A stretch of DNA of 64,000 nt from Clostridia bacterium (GTDB lineage: Bacteria > Bacillota > Peptococcia > DRI-13 > SM3-B62), in contig JAHDSQ010000002.1 of NCBI GenBank assembly GCA_018432615.1, positions 31,054-95,053 on the forward strand. Reading direction: 5' to 3'. The notes beneath the pieces were generated by a model. That model was not told the origin of the DNA. It did not search any database and worked only from the letters and a program-made list of their open reading frames with translations. The position numbers and the translations under genes are program-made. Below are positions 8,636-17,388 of the stretch, in pieces (positions within the stretch are counted from its first letter, which is position 1; each line of letters opens with the position of its first letter).

Positions 8636-8643
8636 GCTTCTTC

Positions 8644-9171
8644 TTATCTGTCAAAATAAATATTTTTACTCGTTACAGAAACCGGTATGCCGACAATGAT
8701 TTGTCCGGACATCATACCGGTTTTTTTGACTACTACGCCAATCCTGTACATAATCCTATTATCAAGATTGAACATACCGGCCGTTTTAGCGGCCGAACCG
8801 ATGGCGATCCCTAAATCCAGAAGCCGCCATGCACACAGAGGGCCTTCAAATTCCGATCCTTCAATTGTTTTAAGCTCGGCACACTTGTTCTTACCACATG
8901 CTCCGCAGTTAAGTCCTGCCGGTGCACTGTCCTTCAAAGAAAGTAAAAGCACTGCTGTCGAATTACGAACGTTCTCCCCATCACGGTCGTAGTTCTTTTT
9001 TTTGTAAGTCTTACCGTATTCCAGCATTGCGTCCGCCAGTTCAGTTACCTCCGTACCGGTTAAAACCTTTACATCAACATAATCTTCGCCCTTCGCTTTT
9101 GGTGCCGTTATCGCCGAGATGGCCATAAATTCCACTGCCCTGACAATACTTTCCTCAAAGCCCTTTTTCAT
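8644..9171 (-). CDS. DUF2148-family (ferredoxin-domain-like) protein
   Basis: The track ORF runs 8644-9201. The probable start is the ATG at 9171 (AAGGAG 8 nt upstream). Sequence features: ISAITAPKAKGED...LNCGACGKNKCAE. Confidence 0.6.
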   Translation of the reverse strand: MKKGFEESIVRAVEFMAISAITAPKAKGEDYVDVKVLTGTEVTELADAMLEYGKTYKKKNYDRDGENVRNSTAVLLLSLKDSAPAGLNCGACGKNKCAELKTIEGSEFEGPLCAWRLLDLGIAIGSAAKTAGMFNLDNRIMYRIGVVVKKTGMMSGQIIVGIPVSVTSKNIYFDR

Positions 9172-9220
9172 TATCATTGCTCCTTTCGCCATACTTCTCA
9201 CCTTTTATTCTAACGGCAAT

Positions 9221-10609
9221 TCAGCGCCAAAACAACCCAATACTCTGATTGACGATAAAACACACCACAATCGCTACAAATGTCGGTAAAGCAAAGGCCA
9301 ACACGGTCCATTTAACACTTTTGGTTTCTTTGGCAATCGTGTACAGCGTTGTACCGCAGGGAAAATGCAGCATTGAAAACAGCATGGTACATAATGCTGT
9401 CGTCCAAGTCCAGCCATGTTCAATAAATAATTCTCCCATGGCCTGCATACTGCCAAGATCGCTCATTTCGCCCCAGGACATATAGGCCATGATCAAAATG
9501 GGCAAAACAATTTCATTGGCAGGGAATCCTAAAATAAAGGCCATCAAGATATAGCCGTCCAACCCGATTAGAGCGGCAAAAGGTTGTAAAAATTCTGCAC
9601 CTTGACTTAACAGGGTCTTATCCCCCACATTGATATTAACCATCAGCCAAATAACAGCCCCCGCCGGCAAGGCGATAAGAACAGCGCGCGTCAACACAAA
9701 GATCGTTCTGTCGAGAATAGAACGAACAAGAACGGACCCAACACGCGGCAGCCGATAAGGCGGAAGCTCCAGAATGAATGATGAAGGCGTCCCCTTTAAA
9801 AGGGTTTTTGACAGAACATATGAAACCAGTAGAGTAACAATAATCCCCGTCAGAACCATCCCCACAACGACAAAGGTGGCACGGACTTCTCCGCCGGTTT
9901 TTGATAAGCCTCCCATAAATATTAAAGAAAGTGCAATCAAGGTCGGAAACCTACCGTTGCAAAAAGTAAAATTGTTCGTCAAAATGGCAATCAAACGTTC
10001 TCGCGGCGAATCAATAATACGACAGGAAATCACTCCGGCCGCATTACAACCAAACCCCATACACATTGTCAACGCTTGCTTCCCATGACTCCCGCAAGCC
10101 TTAAAAACCCTATCCAGATTAAAAGCTACCCGCGGCAGATACCCCAAGTCTTCCAGCAAAGTAAACAAGGGAAAGAATATCGCCATGGGTGGCAGCATCA
10201 CAGATACTACCCAAGCCAGTGTTCTGTACGCCCCTACCACAAACAACCCATTAAACCAGGCGGGCAGTCCAAGCAACATCACATAGCCCGTCAGTTTCCC
10301 TTCTAATTCGAAGAAAAAATCCGCCAGAATATCCGAAGGTACATTCGCTCCCGAAATGGTTATCCACAGAATTATCCCTAATAATAACAACATTATGGGA
10401 AAGCCCCAAACAGGAGAGGTTAAAATGTCATCCAGTTTTCTGTCCCAGTCACTTCCACCTTCCTCAAACCTTACGGCAAACCCCACCGTCTCCTCCGCTT
10501 GTGAATAAATACTTCTGACAATTTTATCTTTAAGTGGCATCTCGCCTTGATAACTGTTTAAGCCTTCCTTGTCCATGTTTGCAGTTCCTCCCAGACACTC
10601 GTTCTTCAA
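9221..10609 (-). CDS. feoB: ferrous iron transporter FeoB, membrane (Gate/nucleoside-recognition) portion
   Basis: 462 aa, polytopic. DRKLDDILTSPVWGFPIMLLLL followed by FeoB-type TM domains. An alternative start ATG at 10576 is preceded by GGGAGGA. The ORF overlaps the G-domain ORF. Confidence 0.8.
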   Translation of the reverse strand: MKNECLGGTANMDKEGLNSYQGEMPLKDKIVRSIYSQAEETVGFAVRFEEGGSDWDRKLDDILTSPVWGFPIMLLLLGIILWITISGANVPSDILADFFFELEGKLTGYVMLLGLPAWFNGLFVVGAYRTLAWVVSVMLPPMAIFFPLFTLLEDLGYLPRVAFNLDRVFKACGSHGKQALTMCMGFGCNAAGVISCRIIDSPRERLIAILTNNFTFCNGRFPTLIALSLIFMGGLSKTGGEVRATFVVVGMVLTGIIVTLLVSYVLSKTLLKGTPSSFILELPPYRLPRVGSVLVRSILDRTIFVLTRAVLIALPAGAVIWLMVNINVGDKTLLSQGAEFLQPFAALIGLDGYILMAFILGFPANEIVLPILIMAYMSWGEMSDLGSMQAMGELFIEHGWTWTTALCTMLFSMLHFPCGTTLYTIAKETKSVKWTVLAFALPTFVAIVVCFIVNQSIGLFWR

Positions 10610-11288
10610 CGCGTTTTATAAGCTCACTATCACCATCCAGTACTCTCAGAGCCAGCCAACGCAAACAATAGTCCTTGCCGATAACCTTTCTAAGATCGTC
10701 GGTGACACATTCTATCATTGCCTCAACTTCCGGCTCGTACTTAACAAGACATGGCTGGGTCTTCATCCGGCCGGTAGCCATCCTGGAAATGATCTCCTTC
10801 AACTCATAGAGCCCTTCGCCGCTTTTGGCTATAGTAGTTACCACAGGAATACCAAGCCTCTTCGCCAACACCTTTTTATTGACCTTGATTCTTTTGCGCC
10901 TCGCCTCATCCATTAAATTAACACACATCACCACCCTAGGGGTTATCTCCATAATCTGATAAACAAGATTTAGGTTTCTCTCCAAACAGGTTGCATCCGT
11001 TACAACAACGGTAGCATCCGGGTTTCCGAAATAGATAAAATCGCGCGCCACCTCTTCCTCGCCGGAATTTGCTATGAGCGAATAAGTACCCGGCAAATCA
11101 ACCAACTTATACCGTGCTCCATGATGGATAAAGCTACCTTCCGCCAAAAGAACAGTCTTTCCCGGCCAATTTCCTGTATGCTGTTTTAACCCCGTTAATG
11201 CATTAAATACCGTGCTTTTCCCCGTATTGGGATTTCCGGCCAAAGCAATAACATGGTAATCCCCCGCTTCTCTTCCCATTATTCTCAC
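10530..11288 (-). CDS. feoB: ferrous iron transporter FeoB, N-terminal GTPase (G-domain plus helical domain) portion
   Basis: G1 motif GNPNTGKST, then DLPGTYSL and NLMD motifs. It ends in a different frame from the membrane portion. Confidence 0.8.
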   Translation of the reverse strand: MRIMGREAGDYHVIALAGNPNTGKSTVFNALTGLKQHTGNWPGKTVLLAEGSFIHHGARYKLVDLPGTYSLIANSGEEEVARDFIYFGNPDATVVVTDATCLERNLNLVYQIMEITPRVVMCVNLMDEARRKRIKVNKKVLAKRLGIPVVTTIAKSGEGLYELKEIISRMATGRMKTQPCLVKYEPEVEAMIECVTDDLRKVIGKDYCLRWLALRVLDGDSELIKRVEERVSGRNCKHGQGRLKQLSRRDAT

Positions 11289-11306
11289 CCCTGTTTTGAA
11301 ACAACA

Positions 11307-11531
11307 TCATTCTAAACCTATCTCTATTAAAGCCGCTTCTTCACTGCGCAAGGCAATCATCGCTCCGCGTATTTCATAAAGAACAGGATCACCCAACGGA
11401 CTCCTCCTGATAACACTTATTCTTGTGCCTTTTACTAAACCGATGTCCAACAAACGCCTGCGCTGCACTCCCGTTGCGTCTAATCCTCGCACAAACGCCA
11501 ATGCGCCCGGCTTCAGCCTATCCATCTTCAT
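11307..11531 (-). CDS. feoA: FeoA-family protein
   Basis: The track ORF extends to 11564. The ATG at 11531 has a GGAGG 7 nt upstream. Product MKMDRLKPGALAFVRGL...GDPVLYEIRGAMIALRSEEAALIEI has a FeoA SH3-like pattern. Confidence 0.75.
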   Translation of the reverse strand: MKMDRLKPGALAFVRGLDATGVQRRRLLDIGLVKGTRISVIRRSPLGDPVLYEIRGAMIALRSEEAALIEIGLE

Positions 11532-11613
11532 CCATATTCCTCCGTTTCTGAAGAAATAACTCATTGTATTTCTATGTTTTCGCTCTCAAATTGTTACCAC
11601 CATTTTGAGCGTG

Positions 11614-11645
11614 CAAAACAAAAAAGGAACCTCACGGTTCCTTAA
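11614..11645 (-). terminator. intrinsic terminator after the nitroreductase gene
   Basis: Minus strand: AAGGAACC-GTGA-GGTTCCTT followed by TTTTGTTTTG. Confidence 0.7.
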
Positions 11646-11672
11646 ACAACAAACAACAAAGCTTAACTTATA

Positions 11673-12296
11673 CTAATCAATAAAGGTCGTTACTTCTTTT
11701 GCCTCTTTCCTGCCACGAGATGCCGGTACAATTTCAGGCCTGCCGATAGGAATTAAGGCAGCTATCGAATCAGGCTCCGTTATTCTCAAAAAGCTTTCCA
11801 ACGCAGGACGCGCAGTACATGGGGCTGTCATCCAGCAAGTTCCGTAACCCTTTTCCCAGGCCGCCATAAGCAGATTTTGAATCGCCGCACCGATGCTTTG
11901 CAAATCGGGCCGGCACCGAAGGTTACCAATCTCCAGGTCGCTGTACCCGGTTTCCTTCAGCATCCAGTCGGCCTTAGAACGGTAAGAGCGAGTTGATACA
12001 ACAATAACAGCCGGTGCTTTAGCAAAGAAAGTTGCTGAATTAATAACAGGCTTCAATTCTTGGGGAGAAACACCTGTCTTTGCGGCCAGTTCTTCCAGCT
12101 TTATTCTAACAAGTTCAGCCATCTTGGCAATTATCTCCTTGTTATTCACGACATAAAAGTGCCACATTTGCTGATTGCCAGCGTTTGCCGCAAAAACGGA
12201 CTTTGAAATTATTTCCAATACCTCATCCTTAGGCACAGGTTCTTGTTTAAAAATCCGCACGCTCTTTCTTTCCTGAACGAGTTCGCTGAATTCCAT
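11673..12296 (-). CDS. nitroreductase-family protein
   Basis: The track ORF extends to 12344. The ATG at 12296 has a GAGGTG upstream. Product MEFSELVQERKSVRIFKQEPVPKDEVLEI has a typical nitroreductase N-terminus. Confidence 0.75.
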   Translation of the reverse strand: MEFSELVQERKSVRIFKQEPVPKDEVLEIISKSVFAANAGNQQMWHFYVVNNKEIIAKMAELVRIKLEELAAKTGVSPQELKPVINSATFFAKAPAVIVVSTRSYRSKADWMLKETGYSDLEIGNLRCRPDLQSIGAAIQNLLMAAWEKGYGTCWMTAPCTARPALESFLRITEPDSIAALIPIGRPEIVPASRGRKEAKEVTTFID

Positions 12297-12316
12297 TTGA
12301 AAACACCTCATATCTA

Positions 12317-13363
12317 TTACATTTTGCCTAATTCGTAAACCCAATTGTATCTATCTTCAGCCCTACCATATTGAATATCGACCAAGGCATCATATAACCT
12401 CTGTGTCACCTTGCCGACCTTTTTTTCATTGATCTGATATTCTTTGTTTTTATAGAACAGAAGTCCAACAGGGGAAATAACTACGGCGGTACCGGTACCA
12501 AACATCTCTGTCAGCTTGCCGTTTTCAGCATCACGTAAAGCTTCATCAATATTGATAGGCCTTTCCTCTACCTCATAACCCAGATCGGAGGCCATAGTAA
12601 TCACAGCGTCCCTTGTTATTCCGGGGAGAATAGAGCCATCAAGAGGCGGTGTAACCAGCTTGTCGCCATAAACAAAGAACACATTCATGGAGCCGACCTC
12701 TTCTACATATTTGTGCTCCTTGGCATCCAACCACATGACCTGTTCAAAACCCTTTTTCTTAGCCTCTAACCCTGCCAGCAAACTTGCTCCGTAATTGCCG
12801 CCTGCTTTAATGTCCCCTACTCCGCCGGGCATAGATCTGACCATTACGTCCTCAACATATATCCCGATAGGATTAAAACCATTCTTGTAGTATGGGCCAA
12901 CAGGAGAAAGAATGATATAGAACAAAATCTCCCGGGATGGTTTAACCCCTAAAAAAGGCTCGACCCCTATCATGGTAGGACGTACATACAAGGACGTCAT
13001 CGGAGCTTGGGGAATCCACTGTTTTTCGTGCATAATAAGATCCTTTAGCGCCTTCATATATATATCCTCGGGTATTTCCGGCATACACATACGTACCGCA
13101 GAACGATTCATTCTCCGAGCGTTATCTTGGGGACGAAACATCAGCACCCGTCCGTCCTCCGATACATAAGCCTTCTGCCCTTCAAACACCTCTTGCGAGT
13201 AATGCAACATGCACGCCGCAGGATCAAAAGCGAATGGCTCATATTTCTTTATTTTCTTATCGTGCCAGCCCTTCTCCTCGTTATATTTCATCACAAACAT
13301 GAAATCAGTAAAGTATTGACCAAATCCCAATTTTCCTACATCTTCATATGGTGGTCTCATCAT
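12317..13363 (-). CDS. ilvE: branched-chain amino acid aminotransferase
   Basis: 348 aa with class-IV aminotransferase features (GGNYGASLLA, EVGSMNVFFV, GITRD). A sigma-A-like TTGATA-17-TATGAT lies upstream. Confidence 0.85.
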   Translation of the reverse strand: MMRPPYEDVGKLGFGQYFTDFMFVMKYNEEKGWHDKKIKKYEPFAFDPAACMLHYSQEVFEGQKAYVSEDGRVLMFRPQDNARRMNRSAVRMCMPEIPEDIYMKALKDLIMHEKQWIPQAPMTSLYVRPTMIGVEPFLGVKPSREILFYIILSPVGPYYKNGFNPIGIYVEDVMVRSMPGGVGDIKAGGNYGASLLAGLEAKKKGFEQVMWLDAKEHKYVEEVGSMNVFFVYGDKLVTPPLDGSILPGITRDAVITMASDLGYEVEERPINIDEALRDAENGKLTEMFGTGTAVVISPVGLLFYKNKEYQINEKKVGKVTQRLYDALVDIQYGRAEDRYNWVYELGKM

Positions 13364-13500
13364 TACCGCCCCCGTTCAAATAATATTGATGTTAAAATAC
13401 TTATTAAAATACATCATACATATTTTTGTGTTGAATATCAATATCTATTTTTGCTTTCTGTTATATTATAAAGACCAAAAATATATCCACCCGCCCCGCT

Positions 13501-14901
13501 TTATATTCCATATTTTTTCTTTTTCCTGACAAGGGTCGATAGATCAACACCTAACTGTTTCGCAGCTTTTCGCATTGAACCAAATTCTTCAAGAGCCTTT
13601 TTAATAATCTCTTCCTCCGCTGTTGATAAAAGTGTCTTAAGAACATACGTGTTTAAATACTCCGGAACAACCAAAGGATACTCATCCGCAACCTTGTCCT
13701 TAATATATCCGGGAAGGTGCTTTTCACTTATGACATTATCCTCGGCCAAAACAACCATGCGTTCGACCAAGTTCTTTAATTCTCTGATATTACCCGGCCA
13801 ATCATAATTATATAAAACATTTAACAAACATGGATCTATCCTAATGTTCAGACCGTATTCCTCATTTTTCTTGTTTAGAAAATAATACAATAAGGGCTCA
13901 ATATCCTCTCTGCGTTGGCGCAAAGGCGGAATATCGAGAGATAAGACATTTAAACGGTAATAAAGATCCACTCGAAACTTCTTTTCGGCAACCATTTCTT
14001 GCAAATTGCTGTTTGTAGCAGCAATTACTCTCGTATTGATCTTGATTGTACTTGTCCCGCCCAATCGATAAACCAGACCCCTTTGTAAAACATCTAACAG
14101 TTTAATTTGAGTCGAAAATGGTATGCAGCCTATTTCATCCAAAAACAGTGTCCCACCGTTTGCTAATTCGAATAGTCCGTGTTTTCCGGTTTTTGAAGCC
14201 CCGGTAAACGCACCCGGCTCATACCCGAACAGTTCAGACTCCAAGAGCGAATTGGGTATAGCACTGCAATTGATCTGCACAAAGGGACGCGGCTCTGCCT
14301 TACTGCCTAAGCCGTGAATGTAATGGGCCAAAACATCTTTTCCTACTCCCGATTCGCCTTGTATCAACACAGGAGTTTTCACCTTAGCTATCTTGCCGGC
14401 CAGCCTCTTTATACCTTGCATAACTTCACTCTGAGCAATAAAATGATCTTCTTCCTCTTCTATGTGCCGGACTATTCTCAACATTTTTCGTTGTGACGTT
14501 ATAATGTCTTGTCCCATCTCTTTTAAGCTTTCATAAATCCTCATCACCTTTGTTACGTCACATAAATTGAAAACTTCCTCCTTCAATTCACCTTCATCAG
14601 AAAAAACCGGTGTTCTTAACAGCAATCCGGTAACACCGTTATAGAACTTTACAACACTTATTTCATCTTCTCCCGCTTCAATAATACTTTTATACTGTTT
14701 TTGGGGAACTATTCTCTCCTTAACCAAGTCAATTAAATGTTTACCCTTTATCTCCTCTTTTTTTAGACCGCTTATCTGCAGTGCCACGTCGTTGCAAAAG
14801 GTGATTTTGCCCTGATGATCAGTTATACAAAGCCCTTTATAAGAGGAATTAAGAATTCCTAACACCTTTTTAACCTCTTCAAATAAAATCATCTTTTCCA
14901 C
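13501..14901 (-). CDS. sigma-54-dependent transcriptional activator (PAS - AAA+ - HTH)
   Basis: PAS domain (ITDHQGKITFCNDVALQISG), Walker A GESGVGKD, GAFTGA (EPGAFTGASK), C-terminal HTH. Confidence 0.85.
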   Translation of the reverse strand: MEKMILFEEVKKVLGILNSSYKGLCITDHQGKITFCNDVALQISGLKKEEIKGKHLIDLVKERIVPQKQYKSIIEAGEDEISVVKFYNGVTGLLLRTPVFSDEGELKEEVFNLCDVTKVMRIYESLKEMGQDIITSQRKMLRIVRHIEEEEDHFIAQSEVMQGIKRLAGKIAKVKTPVLIQGESGVGKDVLAHYIHGLGSKAEPRPFVQINCSAIPNSLLESELFGYEPGAFTGASKTGKHGLFELANGGTLFLDEIGCIPFSTQIKLLDVLQRGLVYRLGGTSTIKINTRVIAATNSNLQEMVAEKKFRVDLYYRLNVLSLDIPPLRQRREDIEPLLYYFLNKKNEEYGLNIRIDPCLLNVLYNYDWPGNIRELKNLVERMVVLAEDNVISEKHLPGYIKDKVADEYPLVVPEYLNTYVLKTLLSTAEEEIIKKALEEFGSMRKAAKQLGVDLSTLVRKKKKYGI

Positions 14902-15094
14902 AGAAAATACCTCTCTCTATCGCTCATGATGTTGTCATTTCCGCATATCATGTATGCATATACGCATACACCGTCAAGGCTTCTTAGCTGGACAAGACGC
15001 AGCTTGTCTATCTTCATGTATTCTATTTCGCCGGTGCTTGTTCCTTCCGAAATAGAAAATAGCCGCCATTAAGCCATTTGTTTTAAGACAATAT

Positions 15095-15112
15095 CCGGTA
15101 TGAATTTTGCAT
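15095..15112 (+). promoter_or_regulatory. possible sigma-54-type -24/-12 element (degenerate -24)
   Basis: CCGGTATGAATTTTGCAT. GG (15097-98) and GC (15109-10) have correct spacing and the -12 TTTGCAT is good, but the -24 reads GGT instead of the conserved GGC. It is divergent from the activator gene at 13501-14901. Confidence 0.3.
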
Positions 15113-15187
15113 ATTAAATATTAGTCATATTTAATAAAAAAGGAGGTATAATTTACAAGCAGTATTCTTAACGAAAGGGTTGAAAAG

Positions 15188-15379
15188 ATGAAAATCAAGA
15201 AAGCCGCCGTATTCTTTGACAACTATAAGGAAAAGAAAATCCAAACAATGATAATGATGATCGATCCGTTCACAACCGGTAAGGATAACAACCTTTATTT
15301 AACTTCTCAAAGTCACACAGAACACTGCGAAAACGATAAACCAAAAAGTGATGGCACAGAAGGGCAAACACTAAGATAA
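15188..15379 (+). CDS. hypothetical 63-aa protein (uncertain whether coding)
   Basis: Only ORF on the plus strand downstream of the candidate promoter. The RBS is weak (AAAGGG) and I recognise no family. Confidence 0.25.
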   Translation: MKIKKAAVFFDNYKEKKIQTMIMMIDPFTTGKDNNLYLTSQSHTEHCENDKPKSDGTEGQTLR

Positions 15380-15393
15380 TACTCTCTTGATGT

Positions 15394-15819
15394 TTACTTC
15401 ATAATCTCTTCTACCCTAGTCACTGCCATCTTAAGCAAAACCGACATGGTTTGCTGCGAATGCATACCGACGATTTCTATATTTTTATGATTAACCGGGA
15501 TTAAAACTTTGGGCAATGGCGAACTGCAAATTGAGATTGCAATATGCGGCGTTATTTCCCCCAACATCGCATCCGCTAGAATGATACCGATAGGTCCTAC
15601 CACACATTTCGCATTCTGCAGGCATATCTTAACAGAGTTCTCCCCGGTTGCCCCCTTGTTTGCACCGGCTTTTACCATATTTCTTGTGGCAGCCGAGTTC
15701 GTACCCACCGCAATTATCTCCGCAGCAGGCATCTGCTGTCGCAATTGAGTAACGATTTGTGCTCCTAAGCCACCACCCATACCATCAACCACTAATACGC
15801 CCATATTCCGTCCCCTCAT
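15394..15819 (-). CDS. DUF3842-family protein
   Basis: GVLVVDGMGGGLGAQIV...AVGTNSAATRNM pattern. An alternative start at 15804 is also RBS-supported. Confidence 0.6.
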   Translation of the reverse strand: MRGRNMGVLVVDGMGGGLGAQIVTQLRQQMPAAEIIAVGTNSAATRNMVKAGANKGATGENSVKICLQNAKCVVGPIGIILADAMLGEITPHIAISICSSPLPKVLIPVNHKNIEIVGMHSQQTMSVLLKMAVTRVEEIMK

Positions 15820-15880
15820 TTATACTCCATTACAACGCTCATATAATTATAGCATATTAAGATATCAATGCAATTCAACA

Positions 15881-15938
15881 ATTCGATAAACAGCTTGCCC
15901 AGGCCTTTTCAGAAGCCTGGGCAAGCTGTTTATCGAAT
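15881..15938. repeat. 24-bp perfect inverted repeat with 10-nt spacer
   Basis: ATTCGATAAACAGCTTGCCCAGGC - CTTTTCAGAA - GCCTGGGCAAGCTGTTTATCGAAT. There is no U-tract on either strand. It sits in a divergent intergenic region. Confidence 0.85.
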
Positions 15939-16068
15939 ACCGTAACATTTTGGTTGTTACCTTCTGTAACACTCACCATACATGTCTCATATAATGAAAG
16001 CAGGCAGAAAGCCTTTGAAGTAAATTTCGCTTCAAAATGCCCACCAACACAACAAAGGAGGCAAATTT

Positions 16069-16203
16069 ATGGCTGAGATAGCAAAACCCGGCTGCGGTTA
16101 TGGTTATGCTCCTTATGGCTCGCGAAGGGGCTTTTCGACCCTGTTTTTAATAATCCTTATCCTTCTGCTCTTCCCAGGGTTCTTTGGAGGATACGGTTAT
16201 TAA
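16069..16203 (+). CDS. tiny Gly/Tyr-rich single-TM protein (YjcZ-like sporulation-type small protein)
   Basis: Below the ORF-track size cut-off. AAAGGAGG RBS 8 nt upstream of the ATG. Product MAEIAKPGCGYGYAPYGSRRGFSTLFLIILILLLFPGFFGGYGY. A terminator follows. Confidence 0.55.
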   Translation: MAEIAKPGCGYGYAPYGSRRGFSTLFLIILILLLFPGFFGGYGY

Positions 16204-16225
16204 AGCATAGCCCCTCTAACCGCGG

Positions 16226-16262
16226 AAAAAGCCTATTGGCATCACTCCAATAGGCTTTATTT
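16226..16262. terminator. bidirectional intrinsic terminator shared by the small plus-strand ORF and the ger operon
   Basis: AAAGCCTATTGG-CATCACT-CCAATAGGCTTT flanked by an A-run upstream and TATTTTTG downstream. Confidence 0.75.
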
Positions 16263-17381
16263 TTGCCCTTGATTATCCCCAATGTCCATTTTGAGCACCC
16301 GTTTTTTAACCCAATATACAACCAGCAGAAAAACAGGCAGCACAAACCCGTGAGTAAAGATGTATGGCACCCAAGTGTAAACGATCCAGTGCTCCTGATA
16401 AGCCACGTCCGGGAAAACAACCTCCGACATTGTCAAAAGGATTAAAGCCAAGGGCAGAACGATTCTTTTATGATCTTTCAACTTCAACAACTGGGAAAAC
16501 CCTATTATAAACCCATAAAAAAACACTGTGCTTAAAATAAACTGCGTTAACACCCAAATTACAAAGACAATAATCTCTATTCGAGAAAACACTATCCCCA
16601 CATTTATCAAATTAGCAAGACGGAAAACGGGAAACCTTGAATTAGCCGTTATTGCCCACCCTAATGCTAAGACGGACATCAGTATGGAAATACAGGTAAT
16701 GCCTCCGCCTAAGAAGTACCCCTTTAAAAAGGACTTTCCACCTTCTTTCGAGTCATCCAAATGTGCCGGATATATCATCAACATTGAAATTGTCATAAAG
16801 GATAGAAAACATGAAAGAATCGCTGAGCTTTTCAAAACCGGAATCAGGCCGTTTTCAAGAACCGGTTGCAAGTTCTCTATCTTTGCATTGGGCGCAACCA
16901 TGACCATGACAAAAACAAACAAAACCGAGGCAATCATTATAAATATTTCAGAGGCACGGGCCAAAGCCTCCAGCCCATACAATATGGCAATAGACATCGC
17001 TGCAATATACAATGCTTTTATGACATAATGGGGTGTTTCGGGAATAATTCGGGACGTCATAAAATCGCCCATATACCAAGGTATATGATAAGACATTTGC
17101 AGTAAAAGGAAAAGAAAACTGCCGGCAACAATAGTTCCAAACCATTTTCCAAGCAATTCCCGGCTCATCCCCACAAGGTTCATCCGAGGAAACCGTCTTC
17201 CCAAAAACAAGTAAATCCATATCACAGGAATACCGAATAAAATGGTCAGCAACGACCCGATCCACGCATCCTGCTTCGCTACGCTTGCTATTAATGCGCC
17301 GATGACTAGCACGGAACCTCCGGTTGTCACTCCGGCGGTCAATGAGATGATCTGGCGGCTTGTGATTTTTGTCTCACTCAT
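16257..17381 (-). CDS. spore germination protein, GerAB/GerKB-type (amino-acid-permease-like B subunit)
   Basis: 374 aa, about 10 TM segments. Starts SRQIISLTAGVTTGGSVLVIG, typical of Ger(x)B. Confidence 0.8.
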   Translation of the reverse strand: MSETKITSRQIISLTAGVTTGGSVLVIGALIASVAKQDAWIGSLLTILFGIPVIWIYLFLGRRFPRMNLVGMSRELLGKWFGTIVAGSFLFLLLQMSYHIPWYMGDFMTSRIIPETPHYVIKALYIAAMSIAILYGLEALARASEIFIMIASVLFVFVMVMVAPNAKIENLQPVLENGLIPVLKSSAILSCFLSFMTISMLMIYPAHLDDSKEGGKSFLKGYFLGGGITCISILMSVLALGWAITANSRFPVFRLANLINVGIVFSRIEIIVFVIWVLTQFILSTVFFYGFIIGFSQLLKLKDHKRIVLPLALILLTMSEVVFPDVAYQEHWIVYTWVPYIFTHGFVLPVFLLVVYWVKKRVLKMDIGDNQGQK

Positions 17382-17388
17382 AACTCTC

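Noticed and set aside
13364-13500. Looked for a -24/-12 promoter upstream of ilvE, because a sigma-54 activator sits directly upstream as at the other two loci
   Set aside because: No GG-N10-GC element is present on the minus strand and there is no terminator palindrome. A sigma-A-like TTGATA-17-TATGAT is present instead.
16157-16420. 87-aa minus-strand ORF overlapping the 3' end of gerB and the bidirectional terminator
   Set aside because: It is an out-of-frame overlap with a well-supported gene and runs across a terminator hairpin. I see no independent support.
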